Virus record (IMG/VR): IMGVR_UViG_2654588115_000001 | Coordinates: 16,268 to 80,267 of that record | DNA: 64,000 nt | Source: a virus | Lineage: Duplodnaviria > Caudoviricetes | Direction: 5' to 3' (one strand) | Shown here: piece by piece, positions 36,556 to 45,037 of the stretch | Layout: the number at the start of each line of letters is the position of its first letter | Position numbering within the stretch: position 1 is the first letter of the stretch | Program-made: the position numbers and the translations under genes | The notes under the pieces: model-generated | The model's input: the letters and a program-made list of their open reading frames with translations, nothing else | Told to the model about the DNA's origin: nothing | Database searches by the model: none

Positions 36556-37155
36556 TTAGCCGGCCATTATTCGCCCCAACCGCCGGAAGAACATCCGGAT
36601 TTTTTTCGTATCTTTCTTGCCGTTAGTTTCTAGCCCCTCTGACACTTCCACAGCATACGGAAGGGTGCTCTTATTTACTTCCTTCACATTTTCTCGGCGT
36701 ATATTCGCAGCCAAAATCACAGATTTATGTGTATCGGTTATCTCCAGTGCTATTTCTTTCCTGGTATAATCCTGCTCACCAAGGTCTAGTAGAATCATTT
36801 CTGCCACAGTCCTTCTGGCCTTTTCCACCGAGAAACCTTCATCATACCGATACCGTTTTATCACCGGGCAAGCGACCTGCCAGATATACTCCTCGTCCTC
36901 ATGTCCATTCAGTTGCACATAATCCAGTCCTACCTTGCTTACCACATCATTAACCGTGTCCAAATCTTCGTCCTTGAACACACCTACCAGACGTGAGCCA
37001 GGCACCTGCTGCGCAATAACAGCGGCTCTATCCGGCGATACATAATCCTTGTTTTCTCTGTCGAATACAAAAGCGATAAAGTCAGCCCCACATTCTTCTG
37101 CCGTCTTAGCCGTAAACATATCCGTAATTCCCGAAACCATAGCTCTTATGTACAT
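36556..37155 (-). CDS. trpF: Divergent phosphoribosylanthranilate isomerase-like protein
   Basis: GADFIAFVF, VGVF.D, YVQLNGHE, ILLD, VSEGLE..GKKD..KI..F; catalytic and phosphate-binding motifs altered. Confidence 0.85.
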   Translation of the reverse strand: MYIRAMVSGITDMFTAKTAEECGADFIAFVFDRENKDYVSPDRAAVIAQQVPGSRLVGVFKDEDLDTVNDVVSKVGLDYVQLNGHEDEEYIWQVACPVIKRYRYDEGFSVEKARRTVAEMILLDLGEQDYTRKEIALEITDTHKSVILAANIRRENVKEVNKSTLPYAVEVSEGLETNGKKDTKKIRMFFRRLGRIMAG

Positions 37156-37289
37156 CGCCAGACCTCCCGTTTATTATTCACCTCAAATTATACCACAAAG
37201 TCCTCTCCATACATACTAAATATGTTGTATATAGTAAAAATCAAGACCAAATCATTGACATAATTAAAACCGAGGTCTACAATGTAATC

Positions 37290-37378
37290 GTGCTTCAAAT
37301 CACACACCTTTCCGTTTTGGAGCAACGTGTATAGCATCATTAATCCCCGACCCCAGCCACCCGAAGCTGGGGTTTCGG
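37290..37378 (+). ncRNA. sRNA or leader of about 90 nt
   Basis: TTGACA-N17-TACAAT (37255-37283); TGCTTCAAA-loop(CACACCTTTCC)-TTTGGAGCA; ACCCCAGC...GCTGGGGT hairpin. Confidence 0.55.
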
Positions 37379-37379
37379 C

Positions 37380-37430
37380 ATTATATCACACAATTACACA
37401 ATTATACCATTATACAATTACAATGGCGTA
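37380..37430. repeat. 8-bp repeat array 7 (parS-like)
   Basis: TCACACAA TTACACAA TTATACCA TTATACAA TTACAATG. Confidence 0.8.
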
Positions 37431-37443
37431 GAAAGGACAATCC

Positions 37444-37983
37444 ATGAAAAAACTTTTACTCTTACTCACTATGCTGCTTGCCTTGTCCTCCACAACCTTT
37501 GCCACCGATTGGCAGCCAACTATGAATCTCCATGGCGATGGCATTGAATACGATGAAGATAGCGTTGGCATCGACCAAAACTTTAACAGCGGCCGGCCAG
37601 AAGACAGAAATATCTATGTATGGACAAAAATTACTTACAGCTCTAATTACATCGAAAGCCTGTACCAAAAAGGACTCTGGAAAGGCTATAGCCCCCTCGG
37701 CGAGTTCTCCCTGCTAAAGATTAACTTGTCGAAACGCACCTGCACCGTAGGAACCATTTGCATGTTCGATATAGCCCATGGAGAAATAGGTGAGAAAAGA
37801 AACTGGGGTCGAACCATGCAGATAACCTCAAACAACAACCTCGGCAAATTCCTGCTTGTCCTTATGAAACGCACCAAGGACAAACAGGAGGCCATTGTCA
37901 AGCGCACCTATTCCTCCGACAATCCCCCCAGCAGCCCTTACACCTACAATCCTCTGACTCGCGAATGGGAAAATAAGCAATAA
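37444..37983 (+). CDS. Secreted/periplasmic moron protein
   Basis: Signal peptide MKKLLLLLTMLLALSSTTFA; W...YD..S...VW.K pattern. Confidence 0.8.
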   Translation: MKKLLLLLTMLLALSSTTFATDWQPTMNLHGDGIEYDEDSVGIDQNFNSGRPEDRNIYVWTKITYSSNYIESLYQKGLWKGYSPLGEFSLLKINLSKRTCTVGTICMFDIAHGEIGEKRNWGRTMQITSNNNLGKFLLVLMKRTKDKQEAIVKRTYSSDNPPSSPYTYNPLTREWENKQ

Positions 37984-38057
37984 GAGTAGATTTCGCTTCC
38001 AGAAAGTATCTTTCTGAAAATTATTGCGCTTTATTTGCTTTTGCGATATAATATCTC

Positions 38058-38132
38058 CAATCTCAAATTTATTATCCTACCCCTCGCCACCTCTGTTTTT
38101 CATCCCTTCGCAGAGGTGGCTTCCCTGTTTTT
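38058..38132 (+). ncRNA. sRNA of about 75 nt
   Basis: TTGCGC-N17-TATAAT (38024-38052); GCCACCTCTG...CAGAGGTGGC hairpin. Confidence 0.5.
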
Positions 38133-38145
38133 AAGGCAAATTATG

Positions 38146-38193
38146 CACCATTATAGTGGTATACCATTACACCATTATACAATTACACATGTA
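38146..38193. repeat. 8-bp repeat array 8 (parS-like)
   Basis: TATACCATTACACCATTATACAATTACACATG. Confidence 0.8.
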
Positions 38194-38229
38194 CAAAAAT
38201 AGCAGGAGCAATCACGCCCCTGCTTATTT

Positions 38230-41200
38230 TTATGCCGTCACCTGTCGCGCATCCACGATAATCCCCTTGGGGCTCCGGATGAACTCATAGCTCAGCCCCT
38301 GTATTACATTGATGCCCTTCTGCCAGCCACGGTATCTATCATAGTATTTGGCCTTCTTCCACGCCGATGCGAACACTATGCCGTCAAAATCACCGTAAGC
38401 CGTGCGGAACACCAACTTGGCCATGGTATTGCCCTTCTTATCGTTGAACTCATACACCGACTTGGCAACGCCTGTCAGCACCTTCGGTAGTGAAGTAAAG
38501 GAGAAAGACAGCACCGAGATTTCCCCTGCAATTCTGTCGTATTTCTCTGCAGCAGATTCCTTGAACGTTACATCAGCCAGCTTGGCCTTCCACTGCTCCA
38601 CCATACGATTGGCCTTATTCCGCTCCTTATCCGTTTCTGCAGCAAGGCATTTCGCCGCGTAGAATTCCATGCGTTCCTCACAATGCGCCTTACGGTCCGC
38701 AGCCTCCTTGGCCGAAACCAGGTTAGCCAACATCCACCCACGGTCTTTGCCAAGGTAATCCAGTGCTCCTGCCTTAATCAGCCCCTCGTTAATCAGCTTG
38801 TTATTGGCAGCGAATACCTCCTGCCAATCCGAGGAACGAACCAGGTTCAAGTTTGTTCCCACACCTTTGATATAACAGAGCCCCACACGGATAGCATCGC
38901 CCTCCACGGTAAACTTTCGATTACCCTTGGACAAATCTGGTGGCAACAGTTCAATCCACATCCGCTTACATTCCTCGATATACGGCAGAATCTTCTTCTG
39001 GTCGCTACGAGAGTTAAGTAACGCACACATATACTGCGCCGGATAATGAGCTTTGAGAAACGCCGTCTTATAGGAGAGCTTGGCGTAGGACACCGCATGG
39101 CTTTTATTGAACACATACCGGCCGGCCGCCTCAATCTGCCCTGCTACTTCCTCGGCCACCTCACGGCTATACCCATTTTTCATGCAGCACTCCACAAAAT
39201 CAGCTACCGCAGCCTTAATCTTCGGCAGTTCCTTTCGACCAATAACCTTGCGGAGCCCATCGGCTTGTCCCAAGTCATACCCTGCCATCTTCATGGAGAT
39301 AAGCATAATCTGCTCCTGGAACACTAGCACCCCATAGGTACTGCCAGCGATTTCCTCCATGGCCTCACAGGGATATTCCACGGTAATCTTGCCGTTCTTG
39401 GCATCCACATACTGTTGGAGCATACCAGAGTCAATCGGACCCGGACGGTACAATGCCACAAGCACCGCCAAATCATCGAATCGGTTCGGATGCAGTTCCC
39501 TTGCCACCTTCTGCATACCAGGGCTTTCCATCTGGAATACCCCTGTAGTGTGTCCACCTGCATACAGTTCAAAGGTTTTCTGGTCATTCATCGGAATATC
39601 TTCCAGAGAAAGTTCCTGCGGTATACCGGCCAGACATTCTGCGATAATATCCAACGTGCGCAAGCCCAGAATGTCCAGTTTCAAGAGACCCATATCTTCC
39701 AACGTGTGGTACTCAAAGGCAGCCACACGCACATACTCACGCTTGCCAGTGGATGTGTCCGTAGATGTGCAGCCCTCGACCGGACAATATTTCTCCACCG
39801 CATCCGGAGTAACGAGGATTGCCGAGGCATGAACCCCCATTTTATCAATGCGGCCGGCAAAATGTTGGGAAACATCCAGCAACCGTTCCCGTTCTTCCGC
39901 GGAGAAATCACTATTTACCGTAAGAATTTCATCCATAGAGTCCGTAAGTTCCTTTGTCACCGTCAGGACCCGCTCCCTGGTCCAGCGCATCCCTGTGTCC
40001 TGCTTATTTTTCTTCCGCAGGTCAATATCTGTCCTCTGTTCATCGGTCAGTCCCAGATATTCTTCTTTTTCCAACGCTTGCTGCGCACGGAGTACCGCTT
40101 GTTTCCCGACATCTGGCTTGTCCGGATTCTTGGTGTAACCATAGGTGGTGACTTTATAGACCGTACCGTAATGCTCCCGGATATAGTCGATGATGCGCCC
40201 ACGGTTATCCGTAGACACATCCGTATCAATATCCGCCGGTGACTGTCTATATGGATTACAGAAGCGGAAGAACGCTGTATCATAGGCGATGCTATCAACC
40301 TTATGGAATCCCATCAAATACCCCACGAGGCACCCTGCCGCCGAGCCACGGCCTTCCCCCACGGGGATATTGTTTTTTACGCACCAGTTGACCAAATCCC
40401 AGATAATCAGCAGGTAATTAAGGTAATTCGCCTTTTTGAGGTCACGCATTTCAGCCTCGAAGCGTTTCCCGTATTCCTTGTACTTGCCTCGTGGCACTTT
40501 GCTTCGCCAATTCTCACGGCAAATTTCCCGGATTACTTCCTCTGGGTCACGGTCGGTATAGGTGGGATAGTGCATACCGCCAAACTCGATTTCCACATTG
40601 CACATATCGGCAATCTTCACCGTATTAGCAATGGCTTCTTCCTTCACATCATCGGGAATCCATGCTGTGGCTATGATTTCATCCTCGCTATGCAGATAGT
40701 TCTCGTTGTCATGGTAGCCATTGCCATGAATCTGCAACCACAAGTAATGATACGGTTCATCCTCGGCCTTTGCATAGTGCGCATCTGTAGTAACCACCAA
40801 CGGCACATCGTATTTCCTCGCCAGGGAAATAACCTTGTCATTGTATGCCCACTGCCGGTCAATGTTCAGTGGCTGAATTTCTGCGAAAAAACGTGCGCCG
40901 AAAATCTCCTTGAACCGCTGAAACCACTCCTCGCCATTATCTGTATTGACAATCGAGGCCATACATGCTGACAGGCAAATCAGCCCCTCTGCGTGGTTTC
41001 TAAGGTCATTCTCGTCAATTCTCGGCTTATAGAACATATGGCTTTCGTTATAAGCAATGGAATCCAGCTCTTTGAGGTTACGGTAGCCGGTATCATTCAT
41101 CGCCAGAAGAACCAAATGGTGCGTAAAGGCACGGTCACGGATGGTAACATCGGGGCAGAAGTAAAACTCGCAGCCGATAATCGGTTTGATTTCCTGCGCC

Positions 41201-41361
41201 TTGCATTCACGGTAAAATTCAACGATGCCACGCATGGTTCCGTGGTCCGTAATGGCCACAGCAGACTGCCCCAGCTCCTTTACGCGGTTGACCATTTCCT
41301 TCGCCGTCTGGTAGCCGTCCAAAATTGAAAAATCCGTATGATTATGAAGTGAAATATACAT
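38230..41361 (-). CDS. dnaE: DNA polymerase III alpha subunit (family C)
   Basis: PHP motifs HNHTDFS.LDG, TDHG, TTDAHY; GRGSAAG, DIDTD, LLKLDILGL, GVFQMES, RPGP, FNKSHA. Confidence 0.97.
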   Translation of the reverse strand: MYISLHNHTDFSILDGYQTAKEMVNRVKELGQSAVAITDHGTMRGIVEFYRECKAQEIKPIIGCEFYFCPDVTIRDRAFTHHLVLLAMNDTGYRNLKELDSIAYNESHMFYKPRIDENDLRNHAEGLICLSACMASIVNTDNGEEWFQRFKEIFGARFFAEIQPLNIDRQWAYNDKVISLARKYDVPLVVTTDAHYAKAEDEPYHYLWLQIHGNGYHDNENYLHSEDEIIATAWIPDDVKEEAIANTVKIADMCNVEIEFGGMHYPTYTDRDPEEVIREICRENWRSKVPRGKYKEYGKRFEAEMRDLKKANYLNYLLIIWDLVNWCVKNNIPVGEGRGSAAGCLVGYLMGFHKVDSIAYDTAFFRFCNPYRQSPADIDTDVSTDNRGRIIDYIREHYGTVYKVTTYGYTKNPDKPDVGKQAVLRAQQALEKEEYLGLTDEQRTDIDLRKKNKQDTGMRWTRERVLTVTKELTDSMDEILTVNSDFSAEERERLLDVSQHFAGRIDKMGVHASAILVTPDAVEKYCPVEGCTSTDTSTGKREYVRVAAFEYHTLEDMGLLKLDILGLRTLDIIAECLAGIPQELSLEDIPMNDQKTFELYAGGHTTGVFQMESPGMQKVARELHPNRFDDLAVLVALYRPGPIDSGMLQQYVDAKNGKITVEYPCEAMEEIAGSTYGVLVFQEQIMLISMKMAGYDLGQADGLRKVIGRKELPKIKAAVADFVECCMKNGYSREVAEEVAGQIEAAGRYVFNKSHAVSYAKLSYKTAFLKAHYPAQYMCALLNSRSDQKKILPYIEECKRMWIELLPPDLSKGNRKFTVEGDAIRVGLCYIKGVGTNLNLVRSSDWQEVFAANNKLINEGLIKAGALDYLGKDRGWMLANLVSAKEAADRKAHCEERMEFYAAKCLAAETDKERNKANRMVEQWKAKLADVTFKESAAEKYDRIAGEISVLSFSFTSLPKVLTGVAKSVYEFNDKKGNTMAKLVFRTAYGDFDGIVFASAWKKAKYYDRYRGWQKGINVIQGLSYEFIRSPKGIIVDARQVTA

Positions 41362-41370
41362 GATAGCTCC

Positions 41371-41934
41371 TTATGCCGCAAACTTGACTTTATTCGTAAG
41401 AACATCTTTGATTTTAGCGAAGGTCAGCGTTCCATTGGCAAGCTGCACCGAAATATCGCCGGCCGCCTTGTGCGCCCTGGCAAGGCGAACCTTCTTGTAC
41501 CCCCATCCATCGAGCAAACTAATCATAAACGCCGCCGAAACCTCATCCACGGCTTTCATGCGGATTTCCGTGGTACGGCTGCGGTCTTTGTTTTTCTCTC
41601 GCAGGATGCCATAATTTGCCTCGTCGCGTAGGATATTTTCAATGTCAGCCACCGTAACCAAACCACAGCGCATACATTCAAGGTGAGAGAGCATCTTTTC
41701 TTTCAGTGCCGCCAGACGGTCCTTACCGAAGCCCAGAGCATCGTGAGCCGCCGCCATGAAAATGACAAACAAATCCTCCATCGCAGATTTCTTGACTGAC
41801 ATTTCAGTGACATTCTGCCGGATGAAGCTATGGCGAACCTGCGCCTTTGCCCTGTTTTCTGACAAGCGTTTTCTCGTCAACATCCTCCCCATTTTGGCAC
41901 TCTGCTTCTTCTTGATTTTCTTAGATAATTTCAA
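41371..41934 (-). CDS. Hypothetical protein with a duplicated helical repeat
   Basis: HDALGFGKDRL / LDGWGYKKVRL repeats. Confidence 0.75.
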   Translation of the reverse strand: MKLSKKIKKKQSAKMGRMLTRKRLSENRAKAQVRHSFIRQNVTEMSVKKSAMEDLFVIFMAAAHDALGFGKDRLAALKEKMLSHLECMRCGLVTVADIENILRDEANYGILREKNKDRSRTTEIRMKAVDEVSAAFMISLLDGWGYKKVRLARAHKAAGDISVQLANGTLTFAKIKDVLTNKVKFAA

Positions 41935-41946
41935 GTTGCTTTCTCC

Positions 41947-42147
41947 TTACAAATAATACCAACGCCAACTATGCAGCCGCCGATAGAAGCCTGGTGAAAC
42001 CTGTTCCAAAGCTGACAAGGGCTTAACCCTTGCCACCTCATTGGTTCTTTCCTTCGCCCAGGTCTTAGCCAACTTCACCGCATTTTTCCACCGCCGTTTT
42101 TTCCGTGGTCTACAGAACTTACGGCGGTAATAATCGGGGCGGTTCAA
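41947..42147 (-). CDS. Small basic protein
   Basis: 66 aa, TTGA overlap. Confidence 0.5.
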   Translation of the reverse strand: MNRPDYYRRKFCRPRKKRRWKNAVKLAKTWAKERTNEVARVKPLSALEQVSPGFYRRLHSWRWYYL

Positions 42148-42368
42148 AGTCGGCTCTCTGCCTCACGGATGGCAAAATCAACGTATTGCTTTGCCTTTTG
42201 CAAATCCTCGATTTCCTTGCTTACATCGCCCTCCGGCTTATGGCCGGCCCGGACAATGTACTTCACACAGTTTCCCTTGGCAAAATCCAGTCTCTTATCC
42301 TGGATAAAATCAATACATTCAATCCTGCCCTGCGTATAATGACTGGGATGTTTCACCGCATCATCCAT
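42144..42368 (-). CDS. DUF3310 (SaV / T7 gp1.7-like) protein
   Basis: VKHPSHYTQGRIECIDFI...F.KGN.VKY..RAG.K....EDL.KA..Y. Confidence 0.9.
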   Translation of the reverse strand: MDDAVKHPSHYTQGRIECIDFIQDKRLDFAKGNCVKYIVRAGHKPEGDVSKEIEDLQKAKQYVDFAIREAESRL

Positions 42369-42546
42369 TCGGCAGCACCGTCCTTTCAATATCCTCCAAT
42401 GTTTCCACCAGAATCCATTCCACGCCCTCCGCAGTGAGCACTTTTGCGGTACTATTGCGGAGCCCCATGCTGATAACCAAGCCAGCAATCTTTTCCCCCG
42501 TGGTACGAGAGTAAACCTTAACAACATCGCCAATCTTCATGGTCAC
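42361..42546 (-). CDS. Small SH3-like protein
   Basis: MKIGDVVKVY... Confidence 0.6.
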   Translation of the reverse strand: MTMKIGDVVKVYSRTTGEKIAGLVISMGLRNSTAKVLTAEGVEWILVETLEDIERTVLPNG

Positions 42547-42737
42547 ACCTCCAATGCCGGACTGGGGACACTCCCCATACTATTCCATGCTGACAGGAAT
42601 CGGAACAACTTATTGGCGTTCTCTGCCACCGTCGCAGGTACATAACTCATAATCTCCGGCACCGACCGATGTTCCCGCAGCTGAATCTTCTCAATTTCCC
42701 CTGCAATATCATAGATAAGCACGATTTTCCCCCTCAT
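42543..42737 (-). CDS. Hypothetical protein
   Basis: 64 aa, operonic. Confidence 0.55.
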   Translation of the reverse strand: MRGKIVLIYDIAGEIEKIQLREHRSVPEIMSYVPATVAENANKLFRFLSAWNSMGSVPSPALEV

Positions 42738-42754
42738 TTCTCTCTACAACGCCT

Positions 42755-42807
42755 GTACGCCATTATAATTGTATAACGGTACACAGTTATACAATTACAC
42801 CATTATG
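42755..42807. repeat. 8-bp repeat array 9 (parS-like)
   Basis: TACGCCATTATAATTGTATAAC...GTTATACAATTACACCATTATG. Confidence 0.75.
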
Positions 42808-42994
42808 CCTGTTCGGACACCCATATACGGCGTTCTGACGGTACGTTTTTTACTTCTTCGCTCTTTATCCGGCGTATCTCCACTTTCAGCCTATGATTCT
42901 CCATTTGATAGTCATAAGCAAGGTTATGACATATCCAAAGAATACACAGGAGAACGAGAATAATATAGCCGAGTGTGATTTCCAAGATATTCAT
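42803..42994 (-). CDS. Small membrane protein
   Basis: MNILEITLGYIILVLLCILWIC...; GGAGG RBS. Confidence 0.6.
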   Translation of the reverse strand: MNILEITLGYIILVLLCILWICHNLAYDYQMENHRLKVEIRRIKSEEVKNVPSERRIWVSEQA

Positions 42995-43166
42995 GCACCA
43001 TCCTCCAAAAAACTCATAAATAATACCTTTGTAAAAGCATTTGTCCAGATTTTGCATCTGCCCACCACAAGGCCATTTCTCTGCTATACCCTATGAGAAG
43101 ATACGCACGATAGAACTGCCGCAACCTCAATCCTGTACCTTAAAACCTTCCTTGTCCCCATTTTCA

Positions 43167-43424
43167 TCAGTCACCACATACTTTGCCATTATGCTTTGCC
43201 TCCAATATGTCAATCAGTGGCTCATAGAACGCATGGTCACTGCGCCGCCACAACTTTGCCTTTTCCTTGAAATCGCAGAACTCCGATGTTACTGCAACAA
43301 TATCTACCGACATTTTCCCCCACCGAAACGGACAAGGCGGTATTCTCTGGGCATTCCGATATGACCGAGCCAGTTCAACCTTGCGATTATTCTTTAGGTG
43401 AATCGTATACTTTACATAACGCAT
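43167..43424 (-). CDS. Hypothetical protein
   Basis: 85 aa, first gene after the promoter at 43467-43495. Confidence 0.6.
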   Translation of the reverse strand: MRYVKYTIHLKNNRKVELARSYRNAQRIPPCPFRWGKMSVDIVAVTSEFCDFKEKAKLWRRSDHAFYEPLIDILEAKHNGKVCGD

Positions 43425-43466
43425 TTATCATTATCACCACCGTTCATATTATTTTACGTTACCATT

Positions 43467-43495
43467 ATTATACAAGTGTAAAATAAGAAAATCAA
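43467..43495 (-). promoter_or_regulatory. Sigma70 promoter of the dnaE operon with operator in the spacer
   Basis: TTGATT-TTCTTATTTTACACTTG-TATAAT. Confidence 0.75.
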
Positions 43496-43505
43496 CCCAT
43501 AAAAC

Positions 43506-43550
43506 AAAAAAGGTGGGCTATTGAGGTTTTTTCTCCCCCAATAGCCCAAC
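43506..43550 (-). terminator. Terminator after the lysis cassette
   Basis: TGGGCTATTG...CAATAGCCCA-CCTTTTTT. Confidence 0.75.
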
Positions 43551-43554
43551 GCAT

Positions 43555-44007
43555 CTAAAAAGAAACCCCCACGAGCACCGCCGCTACCGTAGCTATTTGC
43601 CACGCTTGCCGCTGGTGTCGCAGGTTATTTTCCGTCTTTATATGTTGCCTTTCCAGTTCATCAATATCACTTTTCGTACTTCGCAAGGATTCCTTCGCAT
43701 TGGTCAATGAGCCGGATGCAGCGGTCAACTGTGTTTTCAGCATTACTATTTCCCTGCTCTGCTCTTGTAACTGACTCTGCGCTCTTTCTAACTGCATCCT
43801 CGATTCTGCCAACTGACTCTTGGCTTCCTTCAATGCTCCCTTGGCCTCGGTCAAGGTCAGCTTCAGTTCGTTGAAATCCTCCCTCGACATTACCACGGTA
43901 TTCTCCTGTCCGGCAGCTTGTGCCTGGTTCATAGATGAACATAAACCAGCAGAGGGCAATAACCAGAAGGAGACCAACGCCATAAAACATATAACGAAAT
44001 TTCTCAT
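43555..44007 (-). CDS. Spanin-like coiled-coil protein 2 (signal peptide + C-terminal hydrophobic segment)
   Basis: N-terminal hydrophobic segment, long heptad region, C-terminus AWQIATVAAVLVGVSF; overlaps the next ORF in another frame. Confidence 0.65.
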   Translation of the reverse strand: MRNFVICFMALVSFWLLPSAGLCSSMNQAQAAGQENTVVMSREDFNELKLTLTEAKGALKEAKSQLAESRMQLERAQSQLQEQSREIVMLKTQLTAASGSLTNAKESLRSTKSDIDELERQHIKTENNLRHQRQAWQIATVAAVLVGVSF

Positions 44008-44017
44008 TCATCATCAC
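43667..44017 (-). CDS. i-spanin-like protein
   Basis: N-terminal TM plus coiled coil with Cys; directly after the endolysin. Confidence 0.65.
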   Translation of the reverse strand: MMMNEKFRYMFYGVGLLLVIALCWFMFIYEPGTSCRTGEYRGNVEGGFQRTEADLDRGQGSIEGSQESVGRIEDAVRKSAESVTRAEQGNSNAENTVDRCIRLIDQCEGILAKYEK

Positions 44018-44604
44018 ATCCCCTCATTTCTGTACCAGTTTGCCTTGCCTCGCAAAACATTCCCTCCAGTGGCAGGGCTATCGTAGTTCACCGTATACTG
44101 CGGACTCTCATCTGTGCCGAGATACTGCAAATCCCAACGCTCTACCGTTGTTTGCGGTCCATATGGCTCATGCGGATAAAGCCCATCCAGATTATCCGCC
44201 GCTTCTCCGTGGGTCATAACATGGTCACGGTCAATGGTCAGCCACAAGCCATCAGCGACCGCCACAATCGCTTGTGCCATCGCCTCAATCTGCGCAGCTG
44301 TGGGAGGTTCCGGACCAAGGTCTTCGGATGTTGCCTTGTATGCGCAGCACAGGCTGATACCGACCGCACCGGTATTGCGCCGCCATGTATGTGCTTTAAT
44401 CTCGTTCAAATCCCCAGTACATACCATCTTGCCATCTTCAAGGATATTGATGTGGTAATCCTGGAACACGCTATCATAATGCCCTGCGCTCCAATGCAGA
44501 TAAATCTTCGGCTCCCTGCCATAAGCCTGCGCCTGTGCCCAAATGCTCTCTCTGGCCTCCGCAGCCATTTCCCTTAAATCCTCAATGGTCACTACTTTTA
44601 GCAT
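44014..44604 (-). CDS. Endolysin, N-acetylmuramoyl-L-alanine amidase (Amidase_2)
   Basis: IYLHWSAG, YHINI, HTWRRNTGAVGI, VMTHGE. Confidence 0.9.
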   Translation of the reverse strand: MLKVVTIEDLREMAAEARESIWAQAQAYGREPKIYLHWSAGHYDSVFQDYHINILEDGKMVCTGDLNEIKAHTWRRNTGAVGISLCCAYKATSEDLGPEPPTAAQIEAMAQAIVAVADGLWLTIDRDHVMTHGEAADNLDGLYPHEPYGPQTTVERWDLQYLGTDESPQYTVNYDSPATGGNVLRGKANWYRNEGM

Positions 44605-44785
44605 ACGCATCATCCCTTCCATGCTCCAATGCCCCACGGGACATCCATCCAATCAGCCCCGATGCTATCGAGGTCTGCAATTCCTTACTGCCACCAGTAA
44701 ACAGGGACAAAATAAGGGCAAGCACCAAGCCTGCCCCTACGATTTTATCTACTGTCAGCCAACGAATAAACGCTGTTCCTGTCAT
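44582..44785 (-). CDS. Putative holin
   Basis: 67 aa, two hydrophobic segments, upstream of the endolysin. Confidence 0.65.
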   Translation of the reverse strand: MTGTAFIRWLTVDKIVGAGLVLALILSLFTGGSKELQTSIASGLIGWMSRGALEHGRDDAYAKSSDH

Positions 44786-45024
44786 TTCATCACCCCCATT
44801 ATGCCAAGGCCAACCGCTATCGCCCATGCGATAAACTCACGCACACCGAAGAATTGCGCACTGCGCTCCTCCAATGCTGAAATCCGTTCCTCGTGGTTTT
44901 CCAGGAGCTTTCCCAGTCGGGCACTCTCGGCAATTTGCGTATTCAGCATAGTTTCAATCCTTGTGGTTCTCTCGGAAATCACTGTTACTTTGTCGTAGAT
45001 TTTAATGAGCTGGTCGTCCGTCAT
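44782..45024 (-). CDS. XhlA-like membrane lysis protein
   Basis: Coiled coil (ERTTRIET, HEERISALE) plus C-terminal TM. Confidence 0.7.
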   Translation of the reverse strand: MTDDQLIKIYDKVTVISERTTRIETMLNTQIAESARLGKLLENHEERISALEERSAQFFGVREFIAWAIAVGLGIMGVMK

Positions 45025-45037
45025 TCGCATCACCTCC

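Noticed and set aside
36556-37155. Host chromosomal DNA or a trp operon remnant
   Set aside because: The gene is isolated, flanked by phage par/dnaE modules and parS-like arrays, and no other trp genes are present.
732-42807. Short repeat arrays as CRISPR or mini-CRISPR arrays
   Set aside because: The period is 8 bp with no unique spacers and no cas operon. The Cas4-like gene is a solo phage exonuclease in a replication operon.
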